Assembly (NCBI GenBank): GCA_002336085.1
Contig: DDEH01000027.1
Coordinates: 1-45,672 of the forward strand
Reading direction: 5' to 3'
DNA: 45,672 nucleotides
Origin: Flavobacteriales bacterium UBA1959
Lineage (GTDB): Bacteria > Bacteroidota > Bacteroidia > Flavobacteriales_D > Sanyastnellaceae
A model generated the notes under the pieces. It was not told where the DNA came from. It did no database searches and saw only the letters and a program-made list of their open reading frames with translations. This document shows, in pieces, positions 27,216 through 36,165 of the stretch; position 1 is the stretch's first letter; every line of letters starts with the position of its first letter. The position numbers were made by a program, and so were the translations under genes.

Positions 27216-29450
27216 CTAGCGGACCAGACTCAATTCTCCGGAGTAATTAAAGGGTGCATCATCACAGAGGTGCCGAGCAGAAATGATTACATAGTAGGTC
27301 CCCGATGCAACCTCAGGCCTCGGACGCCAAGCGCTGCCGGCCTGCGAAGATTCAAACATCGCATTGCCCCAACGGTTGTATACCGCCAAATCGTAGTACA
27401 CAAAATCTCGAGTAGCCAAAGCTGAAACATCCTCTCCATTCGCGCCTACCAAAAAAGCCGAAAACGAATCATTTCGTCCATCATTGTTAGGCGATATGAC
27501 ATTGGGAATTTGATAGGTCACCCCGAGCAAGGGTAACGGAATGTCAGCAACAACGTTAATGACCTCAATCAAATCGCACGATTCATTGTACAACGTTAAC
27601 GTACCCGGGTAAACTCCTAAACCCGGGAATTCGGCCTGCAAGGTGAGATCAGAAGAAGTCAGAATTCCGGGGAAGTCCCAAGTAACCTCATCTGCACCTT
27701 GTCCAGAGTGCTGCAACAAAACAAATCCAGAATCATCGCATTGTGACAGCGGCTGCACAATGTAGGTTGAATCGAAGGGGAATTCAGGCAACAAAGTAAT
27801 TTCTATTGATTGCTCGTCGGCGCACTCCGTTCCTAAACCAGCCGTAAGAATTACGTTGTACGTGCCATAGGCTGGATAAGCAAAAGCAGCGTTAATGCCG
27901 TCATTGGGGAGACCTGCACCGCCGCCAAAATCCCACGAAAAGGGACCAGTATCCGGGGACAGGTTCACAAATGCAACATCCAGTCCGCTGCAAGGTTCGT
28001 AGTCAATTTCAAAATCAGCCATTGGAAGGTCTGGCAGTTCAACAAGAAAGGACGAAGAAGCGTCGCATGTAAACGCAGAAGATTCCAATACGACGTTTAC
28101 ATCGGCGCCGGCAACAAACCAGACTTCGTCTGGAGAATAATTCAATGCTGTTGAAGGGATAGCATCTGTGCCAAATGACCAATTCCAATCAATGTAAGAT
28201 GTCCAATTGCTATCATCCAAGTTCAATTCACCCAACCAACCGCCTTCGTTGCACACCAAATTTGAAACGTCAAAATTTGTATTCCAAGGCTCATGAGCTA
28301 CAACGTTATAGAACAAAGAATCAGAGCACGATCCTGTTTCAAAAAAAAGACTGACTGCATAAATACCTGGGTCCGCGTAGGTATAAGACGGTTCGGCTTC
28401 TGAACTCTGGTCTTCTGCTGTATCATTCGCCCCAAAATCCCAAACGTACGTATCGCTGGGATTGTTGAATTGATCAAAATTGACAGTTAAACCCGTACAT
28501 GGTTCAGGAGCGTCATACCCCGGCGACAAAATGTTGCATGTCACAACATCCATTGTAAAATCCCTCAATATTGATCCGATTGGCTGGCCATCTCTCCACT
28601 CTGTAACTGTGATTCCAAGTGCAAATTTCCCAATAATCATGGGTGTAGCACTCAGCACACCAGTAGACGGGTCTATCATCAAGGCACTCCCCGCTCCCAA
28701 TGGAGCCTGAGGAGCAAAGCCAGCTGCCCAGTTGACCCCATTAAACGGTGGTCCCGTCGGAGGATTAGGGATGGGGTTTAAAGGAGTCCCACCGAGGTAG
28801 ATCGGACTTACAGAATAACTCAATGAGTCCCCATCGGGATCTGTTGCACTGTTGTCAACCGAAAACGGAAAATTACTGCAGACGAAAGCCTGCGGCAATT
28901 CGTTAAAGACAGGAGTTGAATTTGAAATATTCAAAGTGAGACCTCCTGGAATGGTTGCAACCAATGAAAAACCTTGGTCCTCCGGTATGTTCAAATTTAA
29001 AATTGCCGGTGATCGACAACAACGCTGGTGCACCACTGTGTAATCGATCTGACTAACGGGAAGGGAGACGCTAATAATGTATTCCGCACGTTCAATGCAC
29101 AAATCTTCCGGCAAGAAAGCACAATTGTTCGGATTCTCGGGAATGATGTCCGTGACAAAAGTAGGATTCAAAAAAGCAGACGCCACCGTGATCAAGGTGT
29201 TGCCTTGATACACCCCAACCGATGCAATATTATCAAAATCTGTTCCATTGGTATTGTTGGAGCTGCAGTCGCGGTAGACGAAGCAATGAATCTCAAATTC
29301 ATTTTCCCCTTGCGCATTGGGACCGATGTATTCATAGGTTAACTCTCCTCCTACCAAATGTGTGGCTCGTGCTGGTGAGTATGCCCCAAAAAGAAACAGC
29401 AAAACAACACATGCTAAAAACATGCAGGGAGAAATACTTCTATGAATCAT
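27216..29450 (-). CDS. Large secreted PKD-repeat protein with T9SS type-B (gliding-motility-associated, CHU_C) C-terminal domain
   Basis: It has a signal peptide and an HLVGGELTY N-terminal module. Several WDFG-containing PKD-like repeats follow. The C-terminus reads IPNVISPNNDGRNDSF...VYNRWGN...GTYYVI. Confidence 0.8.
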   Translation of the reverse strand: MIHRSISPCMFLACVVLLFLFGAYSPARATHLVGGELTYEYIGPNAQGENEFEIHCFVYRDCSSNNTNGTDFDNIASVGVYQGNTLITVASAFLNPTFVTDIIPENPNNCAFLPEDLCIERAEYIISVSLPVSQIDYTVVHQRCCRSPAILNLNIPEDQGFSLVATIPGGLTLNISNSTPVFNELPQAFVCSNFPFSVDNSATDPDGDSLSYSVSPIYLGGTPLNPIPNPPTGPPFNGVNWAAGFAPQAPLGAGSALMIDPSTGVLSATPMIIGKFALGITVTEWRDGQPIGSILRDFTMDVVTCNILSPGYDAPEPCTGLTVNFDQFNNPSDTYVWDFGANDTAEDQSSEAEPSYTYADPGIYAVSLFFETGSCSDSLFYNVVAHEPWNTNFDVSNLVCNEGGWLGELNLDDSNWTSYIDWNWSFGTDAIPSTALNYSPDEVWFVAGADVNVVLESSAFTCDASSSFLVELPDLPMADFEIDYEPCSGLDVAFVNLSPDTGPFSWDFGGGAGLPNDGINAAFAYPAYGTYNVILTAGLGTECADEQSIEITLLPEFPFDSTYIVQPLSQCDDSGFVLLQHSGQGADEVTWDFPGILTSSDLTLQAEFPGLGVYPGTLTLYNESCDLIEVINVVADIPLPLLGVTYQIPNVISPNNDGRNDSFSAFLVGANGEDVSALATRDFVYYDLAVYNRWGNAMFESSQAGSAWRPRPEVASGTYYVIISARHLCDDAPFNYSGELSLVR

Positions 29451-29646
29451 TTAGTTTTCAAATTTCCCTCGATTTTAGCGAAAAAAGCTCTTTCTCAAAG
29501 CATTACTTCGATAAATGCAACACTGTGACATCGAAAACGCCATTTTTCTGCAACATTATTCGGCTGAAAACCCAACAAAGTTGAGCAATGAATACCCCAG
29601 CTTATTGAAAAGTACAAAACTTAGAAGGACACGCAAAAAATGCGAA

Positions 29647-29654
29647 TAACTTTG
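29647..29654 (+). promoter_or_regulatory. -7 promoter-like motif TAACTTTG immediately upstream of the GWxTD gene
   Basis: Exact TAnnTTTG match ending 4 nt before ATG 29659. This implies a leaderless or near-leaderless mRNA. Confidence 0.35.
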
Positions 29655-29658
29655 AGCC

Positions 29659-31149
29659 ATGGAACCACCTCTAAAATACTTGAGATTCGTCACTCCCTTA
29701 TTCTTGATTGCAGCCGCCTCTTCGAGTATGTTGCATGCGCAGGCCGAAGCGGTCTGGATTGATCTTTTGAGGTTTCAAAATGGAGATGCCCCATATTTTG
29801 AGATTCAACTGGAATTTGAGAGCAATGAATTAGAAGCGCAGCTGAGCGCCGATGGTTGGCAGACTTCAGCCGTATTGGAAGCGACTCTCGAAACATCCGA
29901 AGGTATCGTAAACTATGCCAAGACAGTAATCTCGGGGCCAATAGAAATGGATTCGATTCAGGCTGTATTTGGAACACAAATGCACATAGAACGCATGGAA
30001 GCGCCTCCGGGCAATTATAGATTGAATATTCAATTGAGCGATGTTTCCGAGACAGGCGCTTTTTCAACTGCTTCATCGCTGGATTTAATTATACCCAGGA
30101 CCGATTCTCCACGTTGGTCTGATGCATTTATCATTGAAGCCTACGCGCCATCTGACCCCAACAATCCCTCTCAATTATCTCGATCAGGATTTGACATGCT
30201 TCCCGTCGTCGGAGGACGGATAGGCTCTGAGGCAGAGCGCGTGCAATTTTATGCGGAGCTCTATGGCGTGCAAGATGTGGTAGACTCCCTTTTCCTAATC
30301 ACCTGCTGGATTGAAAATGAGCAAGGGCAAACAAAACCTGGAACGCAGCGCTATTTCAGGAAAAAGGCTCAACCTATTATTCCCATCTTCACATCAATTC
30401 CAACATCAGGGCTAGCCGTGCAAAGTGGGTCAAGTTTGGTCATTCAAGCGGCTACCAAGGAAAATCAAGTGATCGCATCTACCAGGTTGCCATTGGACGT
30501 TCAAATAGCATCGCCAGTGACACAGAATGGAATGGAAACGACAACGCATTTTCTTACAGCCTTTACTGACTCTGTCGCATTGCTTCAACATATCCATGAT
30601 CATCATCCGCGAGCAGATGATTCGCAGCGACATACCATTGAAAGCTTTATGGATGTTGCCAGTGTAAATCAAATGCAAGCATTTTTAATGCACTTCTGGG
30701 AAGAGCAATATCCTGTCAATCCCGAGATGGGGTGGCGCGATTACACCACGGCAATTGCATATGCTGATTCTTCCTACGGTGCTTGCAGGAATGGCCATGG
30801 AGCAGAAACAGACATGGGCTACACCTACCTTCGTTATGGTCCACCCAACACAATTGTAAAGCGGCACAACGAAACTGACTATTATCCGTATGAAATCTGG
30901 CACTACCATCGCGCGGGTGCCTTCACAAACAAACGGTTTCTATTTTTCTCACCCCACATGGTAGCCGAATGCTTTGTCGTTTTACATTCAGACATGCTAG
31001 GCGAAGTACAAAATTCAGATTGGCTGCATCAATTGCGCAACCGTGAGAATCGACTGCGTGTAACAGATAGTCAGTTAAATCGATTGAATCCACGGAGGGA
31101 TACATTCTCCGGGGAAGAACCTGAAGATTTATTCTTCAATCCTCGATGA
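29659..31149 (+). CDS. GWxTD-domain protein (function unknown), secreted
   Basis: It has a signal peptide (LFLIAAASSSMLHAQA). The C-terminal GWRDYTT...GYTYLRYGPPNTI...YPYEIWHY matches the GWxTD domain pattern as I recall it. Confidence 0.65.
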   Translation: MEPPLKYLRFVTPLFLIAAASSSMLHAQAEAVWIDLLRFQNGDAPYFEIQLEFESNELEAQLSADGWQTSAVLEATLETSEGIVNYAKTVISGPIEMDSIQAVFGTQMHIERMEAPPGNYRLNIQLSDVSETGAFSTASSLDLIIPRTDSPRWSDAFIIEAYAPSDPNNPSQLSRSGFDMLPVVGGRIGSEAERVQFYAELYGVQDVVDSLFLITCWIENEQGQTKPGTQRYFRKKAQPIIPIFTSIPTSGLAVQSGSSLVIQAATKENQVIASTRLPLDVQIASPVTQNGMETTTHFLTAFTDSVALLQHIHDHHPRADDSQRHTIESFMDVASVNQMQAFLMHFWEEQYPVNPEMGWRDYTTAIAYADSSYGACRNGHGAETDMGYTYLRYGPPNTIVKRHNETDYYPYEIWHYHRAGAFTNKRFLFFSPHMVAECFVVLHSDMLGEVQNSDWLHQLRNRENRLRVTDSQLNRLNPRRDTFSGEEPEDLFFNPR

Positions 31150-32219
31150 ATTCAAACATTGAAAAATATCACACGGTGGTAGCCATCCTGAATTGGAATG
31201 GCCTGCACCACCTGCAAACTTATTTGCCATCTGTGGTAGAATACTCATCTGGCGATGCACACGTTGCTGTCATTGACAATGGAAGCTCAGACGATTCTGT
31301 AGCTTGGTGCCGAGCCACTTATCCTCAGGTTGAAGTCATCACACTTCACGAAAACTTAGGGTTTGCTGGAGGCTACAACGCAGGGCTTGGGCAAATCAAT
31401 GCAGAGCACTACGTCCTGCTGAACAGTGATGTACGAGTCACTCCCAATTGGATTCCGCCAGCAATTGGAATGATTGAAAAAGAGGGGTTTTCAGCATGTC
31501 AACCGATTATACGAAATGATTCCGACCCTGAATTACTCGAGTATGCTGGCGCCGCAGGGGGGTTTATTGACAGAGATGGATACACATTCTGTGCTGGCCG
31601 CATATTTGAAGTGTTCGAAACAGACAATGGCCAATACTCGTCGAATCGAGAAGTATTTTGGGCTTCTGGTGCAGCGCTTTTCATCCGGGCAGAGGCCTTC
31701 CATTCAGTCGGTGGGCTCGATTCCGACTTCTTTGCGCACATGGAAGAAATTGATTTGTGTTGGCGTCTCAAAAATCGAGGTCACCGCATTGGTGCATGCG
31801 GCGAATCCTACGTGTTCCACCTTGGAGGAGGAACCCTACAGAAAATCAGTCCATTCAAGTCGTATTTGAATTTCAGAAACAATCTGTTTCTTCTGGTGAA
31901 GAATCACCACCGGTCGGCGCTCTACCCAATGATACTGCGCCGCATGCTCTTGGATGGCATCGCCGCAATCAAGTTCCTCGCTGAAGGTTCCAAACCTCTT
32001 TTTGGTGCTGTTCTTAAAGCCCATCGAGATTTCAAGAAATCTTTGCCTTCCATGCGTGAAAAGCGCCTCATTGAAATTGAGGCCTGCAAACTTGAAAATC
32101 TCGAAGGTCAGCGCTCGCCTCACAATTATTCAGGCTGGTACCACCGCAGTATTTTGATTGATTATTTCCTTTTTAAGCGCCAGACATTTCAGGCGCTCAG
32201 CAGAAAAAGCATTGAGTAA
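31146..32219 (+). CDS. Family 2 glycosyltransferase
   Basis: The GT-A signature includes VVAILNWNG, VIDNGSSDDS, LNSDV and the EEIDLCWR motif. ATGA overlaps the GWxTD stop. Confidence 0.8.
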   Translation: MNSNIEKYHTVVAILNWNGLHHLQTYLPSVVEYSSGDAHVAVIDNGSSDDSVAWCRATYPQVEVITLHENLGFAGGYNAGLGQINAEHYVLLNSDVRVTPNWIPPAIGMIEKEGFSACQPIIRNDSDPELLEYAGAAGGFIDRDGYTFCAGRIFEVFETDNGQYSSNREVFWASGAALFIRAEAFHSVGGLDSDFFAHMEEIDLCWRLKNRGHRIGACGESYVFHLGGGTLQKISPFKSYLNFRNNLFLLVKNHHRSALYPMILRRMLLDGIAAIKFLAEGSKPLFGAVLKAHRDFKKSLPSMREKRLIEIEACKLENLEGQRSPHNYSGWYHRSILIDYFLFKRQTFQALSRKSIE

Positions 32220-32342
32220 GGCATTGCACTTGTAAATCGCCCGTTTGTACCGCAGAGATGCGTTGGATATTTATCCGCGTGGCCCGTTCCTAATATTTCC
32301 AAACTACAGGCTCCTTTATTTGCGCCTGCTCTGCTGTTTGGC

Positions 32343-33845
32343 ATGGGAATACGCTTGTATGATTATCCATTACTGGCGCTTTCAGTATTCCTAATTATTG
32401 GAATCGTTGGCAGCTGGAAACACTCCGGAATTTTCTTCGGAACATTGCTCTTTCTTGCTCTCGGACTGGGACGAATGGCATTGCACTCGCGCCATTACCC
32501 CCATTCTAACTCTCCCATTTGCTCCACATGGATTTGCACATCTGCTCAGCGTACCGATGATGTGAAGTACGAATGTCTTTGCTCATCACCTCAGCATCCG
32601 CTCGGTACGATTATCGAATGGAAACAAGACTACCCACCGGAGCTTCAAAAGCCATTTCTAGCAACACTAAAGCCATTCAAGTCACTCGGAACTTTTAATT
32701 TAGCGAAGTGGAAAGGCTCGAAGGGAATCAGTGGATCTCTCAGTCGATTGGAGCATTATAGAGCACAAGAAAAACTACTGAATGCAATCCGAGGCCGTGA
32801 CCTAGATAAAAGTTTACCGAGGCGATTTCGTTTTCTAATTCAGCGCAAATTAGACGCATCCTTTTCGGGAAATGTTCGGGGGTTTCTCTACGCAATTACT
32901 ACCGGAGATAAATCAAAGCTCAGTCGCTCGATCAAGAAAACCTTCTCGCATGCAGGTGTGGCCCATCTGCTTGCTGTTAGTGGTTACCACGTAGGACTCA
33001 TTTGTTTCGTTCCTGCGCTATTTTTAAACTCCAAGCGTCGACTGGTACGCATTGCCGCAGCCATTATTTCAATAGCATTGGCTTGGATGTTTGTGGCCAT
33101 TTGCAAATGGCCTTCTTCGGGAATAAGAGCGGCATCAATGATCAGTATGTATGCATTGTGCAAGGGCATTCGATTTTCCATCAGCGGTATTCAAATTTGG
33201 TCCATCGCTTTGACCGGAATAATTCTTTGGAATCCTGTTCTGGCCTCCGATACAGGCGCACAGCTTAGTTTCTCCGCTGTACTCGCAATTCTTCTCTTTT
33301 TACGCATCACAGCAGAATCTGGGCGCAGGAGTACCATTTATCGTGGAATTGGCGTGCCTATCATTGCGCAACTGGGAACATCATTTATTTCAATTCCAGT
33401 ATTCAAGTTGTTTCCACTGCTCTTTTGGCCCTTCAACATAGTCGCACAGCTCTCCATGGCGGCGCTTGGGCTATTGCTGTCAATCTGGGGATTTAGTCAT
33501 GCATTCGTGCCCTTGCATCCTGTGGCCGGGTATTGTACGAATCTCATCTCAGACTTCATTAATTTTCAATTGGATGGATTGATCCGTTTGCAACAGCAAA
33601 TTCCATTTGCCATTGACATGGAGCATCGTCCTCATTGGATCTGGTTGGCATTGAGTGCTTTATATTTCGTCAGCGCGTTATGGCTCATCGAGTATCCACA
33701 TCAGAAAAAAGCCATCTTCATCCGAATCACAGCCATGTCAATGATTATGGCTCCATGGGGATTTATTGCGCCTGAATTGGGCCGCGAAGTGCCTGCATCA
33801 AGTTCATCAATAGGAACTCACTCAATGGAAATAAGCGTCCCCTAA
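32343..33845 (+). CDS. comEC: ComEC/Rec2-family competence channel protein (no metallo-beta-lactamase domain)
   Basis: A polytopic membrane protein with the hallmark HAGVAHLLAVSGYHVG. Confidence 0.75.
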   Translation: MGIRLYDYPLLALSVFLIIGIVGSWKHSGIFFGTLLFLALGLGRMALHSRHYPHSNSPICSTWICTSAQRTDDVKYECLCSSPQHPLGTIIEWKQDYPPELQKPFLATLKPFKSLGTFNLAKWKGSKGISGSLSRLEHYRAQEKLLNAIRGRDLDKSLPRRFRFLIQRKLDASFSGNVRGFLYAITTGDKSKLSRSIKKTFSHAGVAHLLAVSGYHVGLICFVPALFLNSKRRLVRIAAAIISIALAWMFVAICKWPSSGIRAASMISMYALCKGIRFSISGIQIWSIALTGIILWNPVLASDTGAQLSFSAVLAILLFLRITAESGRRSTIYRGIGVPIIAQLGTSFISIPVFKLFPLLFWPFNIVAQLSMAALGLLLSIWGFSHAFVPLHPVAGYCTNLISDFINFQLDGLIRLQQQIPFAIDMEHRPHWIWLALSALYFVSALWLIEYPHQKKAIFIRITAMSMIMAPWGFIAPELGREVPASSSSIGTHSMEISVP

Positions 33846-33976
33846 TGGTGGTCGCAAAAGACATTTTTCAATTAGCAAAACGCCCATGCAACGAAAGTTA
33901 CACAGGCGAATAAATCAGCGTTCTCAAACGCCAAAGCGTTAAAGTTCTTGAGTTATGAAAGCAAAGGTTCCACGGG

Positions 33977-34231
33977 TCAGTTTAAGTGCAGTAGATTGGT
34001 CAACACTTGGTCGACGTATCCCTCCCATTCTGGCAGATCAGCGATAGGAAGAATCGCGTTCACACGATTGTTGCGGCGGCTGTATATCGCTTCTACATAA
34101 AATCCATTCAAGTCGAAAATACATAGGATGTAACGGTTTTCTACGATGCGCTGTGCAAGGCAAATTCCGTGGTCCCACATATAATTCGTTTTTTCATCAA
34201 GTGGGAGTCGGTTGAAAGATGTCAAATCCAT
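33977..34231 (-). CDS. Small hypothetical protein (84 aa)
   Basis: An isolated ORF in an otherwise non-coding gap with no recognised motif. Confidence 0.45.
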   Translation of the reverse strand: MDLTSFNRLPLDEKTNYMWDHGICLAQRIVENRYILCIFDLNGFYVEAIYSRRNNRVNAILPIADLPEWEGYVDQVLTNLLHLN

Positions 34232-34321
34232 GATCTCAGGGTATAAGTCGTTTGAGCATGATTACGTCTAGACTCAGAAAAAGGTTTCAAAAAAGGAAAT
34301 TCCCTGCTTTATCTTTCCATC

Positions 34322-35197
34322 ATGAATGCTGTTGAATTGATTGAATGTCCCAGGGACGCTATCCAAGGATGGCCGCGGTTTGTATCAACCGAGGATAAAC
34401 TAGGCTACTACAGGGCTTTACTGGGCGTTGGCTTCGATGGTATCGATATGGGAAGCTTTGTGTCCCACAGGGCTGTTCCACAAATGGCCGATACACGTGA
34501 AGTAATCAACCGATTGCACGACGAAGGACTATTGGACCGTGTAACGCGAATCCTGACAGTAGTTGCCAATGAGCGAGGCGCTATTGATGCAGCCCAAGTC
34601 AACGGTGTTACAGACGTAGGCTTTCCGCTAAGCCTTTCTGAAACATTCCAACAAAAAAACACAGGGACAAGTATAGATGAAGCTTGGAAACGGCTTGATC
34701 GCATAAAGCACCACTCCACAGGCAAGGGCCAGAGCCTCATCGTTTATTTGAGCATGGGGTTTGGCAACCCTTATGGTGAAGAATGGAGCCCACAGATATT
34801 GGCAGACTTCATCGGCGATCTGAACGAACGCGTTCAGCCCAATGTCGTGGCGCTCAGCGATACCGTTGGAACGGCTAATCCTGAAATGATATCTGCTGCA
34901 TTTTATACAGCAATACCAAATTTTCAGGAAATACATTTTGGGGCTCATCTTCATGCAAATCCACATGAGGTGCATTCTAAACTACATGCAGCTTACGACG
35001 CGGGTTGCCGAAGATTTGATGGAGCTCTGAGAGGCATTGGCGGCTGTCCCATGGCGCAAGATGAACTTGTAGGAAATATTCCTACTGAGCAAATAATCGC
35101 TTTTTTCGAGGAGAAAAAAATCTGGGAAATCAAAGACAGCAGGGCTTGGGAACATGCTATGAGTATCGCTGTAGATCTTTTTGCTTTAGAAGTCTGA
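34322..35197 (+). CDS. Hydroxymethylglutaryl-CoA lyase
   Basis: Motifs ECPRDAIQG, GSFVSHRAVPQM, DTVGTANP, GAHLHANP and the catalytic-Cys loop GIGGCPMA. Confidence 0.8.
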   Translation: MNAVELIECPRDAIQGWPRFVSTEDKLGYYRALLGVGFDGIDMGSFVSHRAVPQMADTREVINRLHDEGLLDRVTRILTVVANERGAIDAAQVNGVTDVGFPLSLSETFQQKNTGTSIDEAWKRLDRIKHHSTGKGQSLIVYLSMGFGNPYGEEWSPQILADFIGDLNERVQPNVVALSDTVGTANPEMISAAFYTAIPNFQEIHFGAHLHANPHEVHSKLHAAYDAGCRRFDGALRGIGGCPMAQDELVGNIPTEQIIAFFEEKKIWEIKDSRAWEHAMSIAVDLFALEV

Positions 35198-35199
35198 GC

Positions 35200-35222
35200 A
35201 AAAAAAAAGCCTCAATTGAGGC
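35200..35222 (-). terminator. Intrinsic terminator oriented for the minus strand (ZIP operon)
   Basis: The palindrome GCCTCAATTGAGGC (35209-35222) is preceded on the plus strand by 9 A (35200-35208). That run reads as a U-tract for a minus-strand transcript. Confidence 0.65.
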
Positions 35223-35241
35223 AATATTCAAACAAGTTCAC

Positions 35242-35282
35242 TTCGAACTTATGTCGGTGCATATAAATCTGTTCGAACTTAT
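35242..35282. repeat. Direct repeat TTCGAACTTAT x2, 30 bp apart
   Basis: The copies are at 35242-35252 and 35272-35282. Both are followed within a few nt by TGTCG. Confidence 0.6.
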
Positions 35283-35388
35283 TAATGTCGATGTGGATGC
35301 GGTAGTGTTTCATAGCAGAGAGTAAGTTCTCTCCTCTACGATATTTATCGATAAATAGTTTCAAAACATCGACAAAAACACCAAAGCA

Positions 35389-36159
35389 TTAGCCAGTTAC
35401 AACAAAGGCCAATGCCAGCCCGCCAATGGTGACTGCCATCTTGTTACGATTGAAGCGGTGCCCGTCTCCTGTCTCGAATAAAATCGTCGTGCTAATATGA
35501 AGCAAAATACCGATGAGCAAACCACCAGCGTATTGAGGCAACAATTCGGCAACAGTTCCACCCGCATGCAAGATTAAATCATACAGAAGCATGCCGAGCA
35601 TAGGAGTCAACCCGAAGAATGCGAGAGCGAGCCATTGCGAAGAACGTTTAACACCAAACGCATCCAATAGCCCCATCAAAACCAACGCCACCGGAAACTT
35701 GTGTAAAATCAATCCCAACAACAATGTCGCATCTACTGTTTCCATTCCTGTCAAATGCACATGTCCGGTGTGATCGTGGTGCGCATGTTCATGCGCACCA
35801 TGGCCATCACCACTAAGAGGCATGGATTCAATAAACGCATGCAAGCACAAACTAATGTACATGGCCCAAGGCATTTTCCCGGAGGGACTATCCGATTCAT
35901 GATGATGCCCATGCTCTATGCCCTGAGACAAATACTCGAGCATGCCTTGCAACAGAAAGCCCAGGACTACAATATAACCAGCGTTGGGATTGAGCGCATA
36001 GGCCTCTGGCACCAGGTGATTGAAAATAATGCCGATTAGAAACGCTCCACCAAAAGCCAAGATAAGGTTGAGGTGACTGCGAAGCAGTGACCCAAAGCGG
36101 TCATAAATTGCCGCTCCAGCAATAGCAATGAAAAACAATATTAAACTGGCGATCCACAT
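35389..36159 (-). CDS. ZIP-family divalent-metal (zinc) transporter
   Basis: It has eight predicted hydrophobic segments and the His-rich loops HGHHHESD and GDGHGAHEHAHHDHTGHVH. The HKFPVALVL motif is typical of ZIP/ZupT. Confidence 0.8.
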   Translation of the reverse strand: MWIASLILFFIAIAGAAIYDRFGSLLRSHLNLILAFGGAFLIGIIFNHLVPEAYALNPNAGYIVVLGFLLQGMLEYLSQGIEHGHHHESDSPSGKMPWAMYISLCLHAFIESMPLSGDGHGAHEHAHHDHTGHVHLTGMETVDATLLLGLILHKFPVALVLMGLLDAFGVKRSSQWLALAFFGLTPMLGMLLYDLILHAGGTVAELLPQYAGGLLIGILLHISTTILFETGDGHRFNRNKMAVTIGGLALAFVVTG

Positions 36160-36165
36160 AGAAAT

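Noticed and set aside
22652-29450. Possible genomic island integrated at tRNA-Ser
   Set aside because: I saw no integrase, recombinase, transposase or plasmid/phage gene. I spotted no second copy of the tRNA 3' end (GGTTCGAATCCCTCAGCCTCC) by eye. This needs a computational repeat search to be certain.
29222-29584. 120-aa plus-strand ORF spanning the start of the PKD/CHU_C gene and the following spacer
   Set aside because: It is antisense to a supported gene for half its length. The remainder is AT-rich spacer, and nothing supports coding.
32220-32342. Stop-free in-frame region upstream of the comEC ATG encoding a hydrophobic ..APLFAPALLFG.., plus a short out-of-frame ORF MRWIFIRVARS at 32258-32293. 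This hints at a frameshift or a non-canonical start.
   Set aside because: 41 stop-free codons occur by chance fairly often. There is no ATG, GTG or TTG in frame, and I cannot verify a frameshift without orthologue alignment. ATG 32343 is kept.
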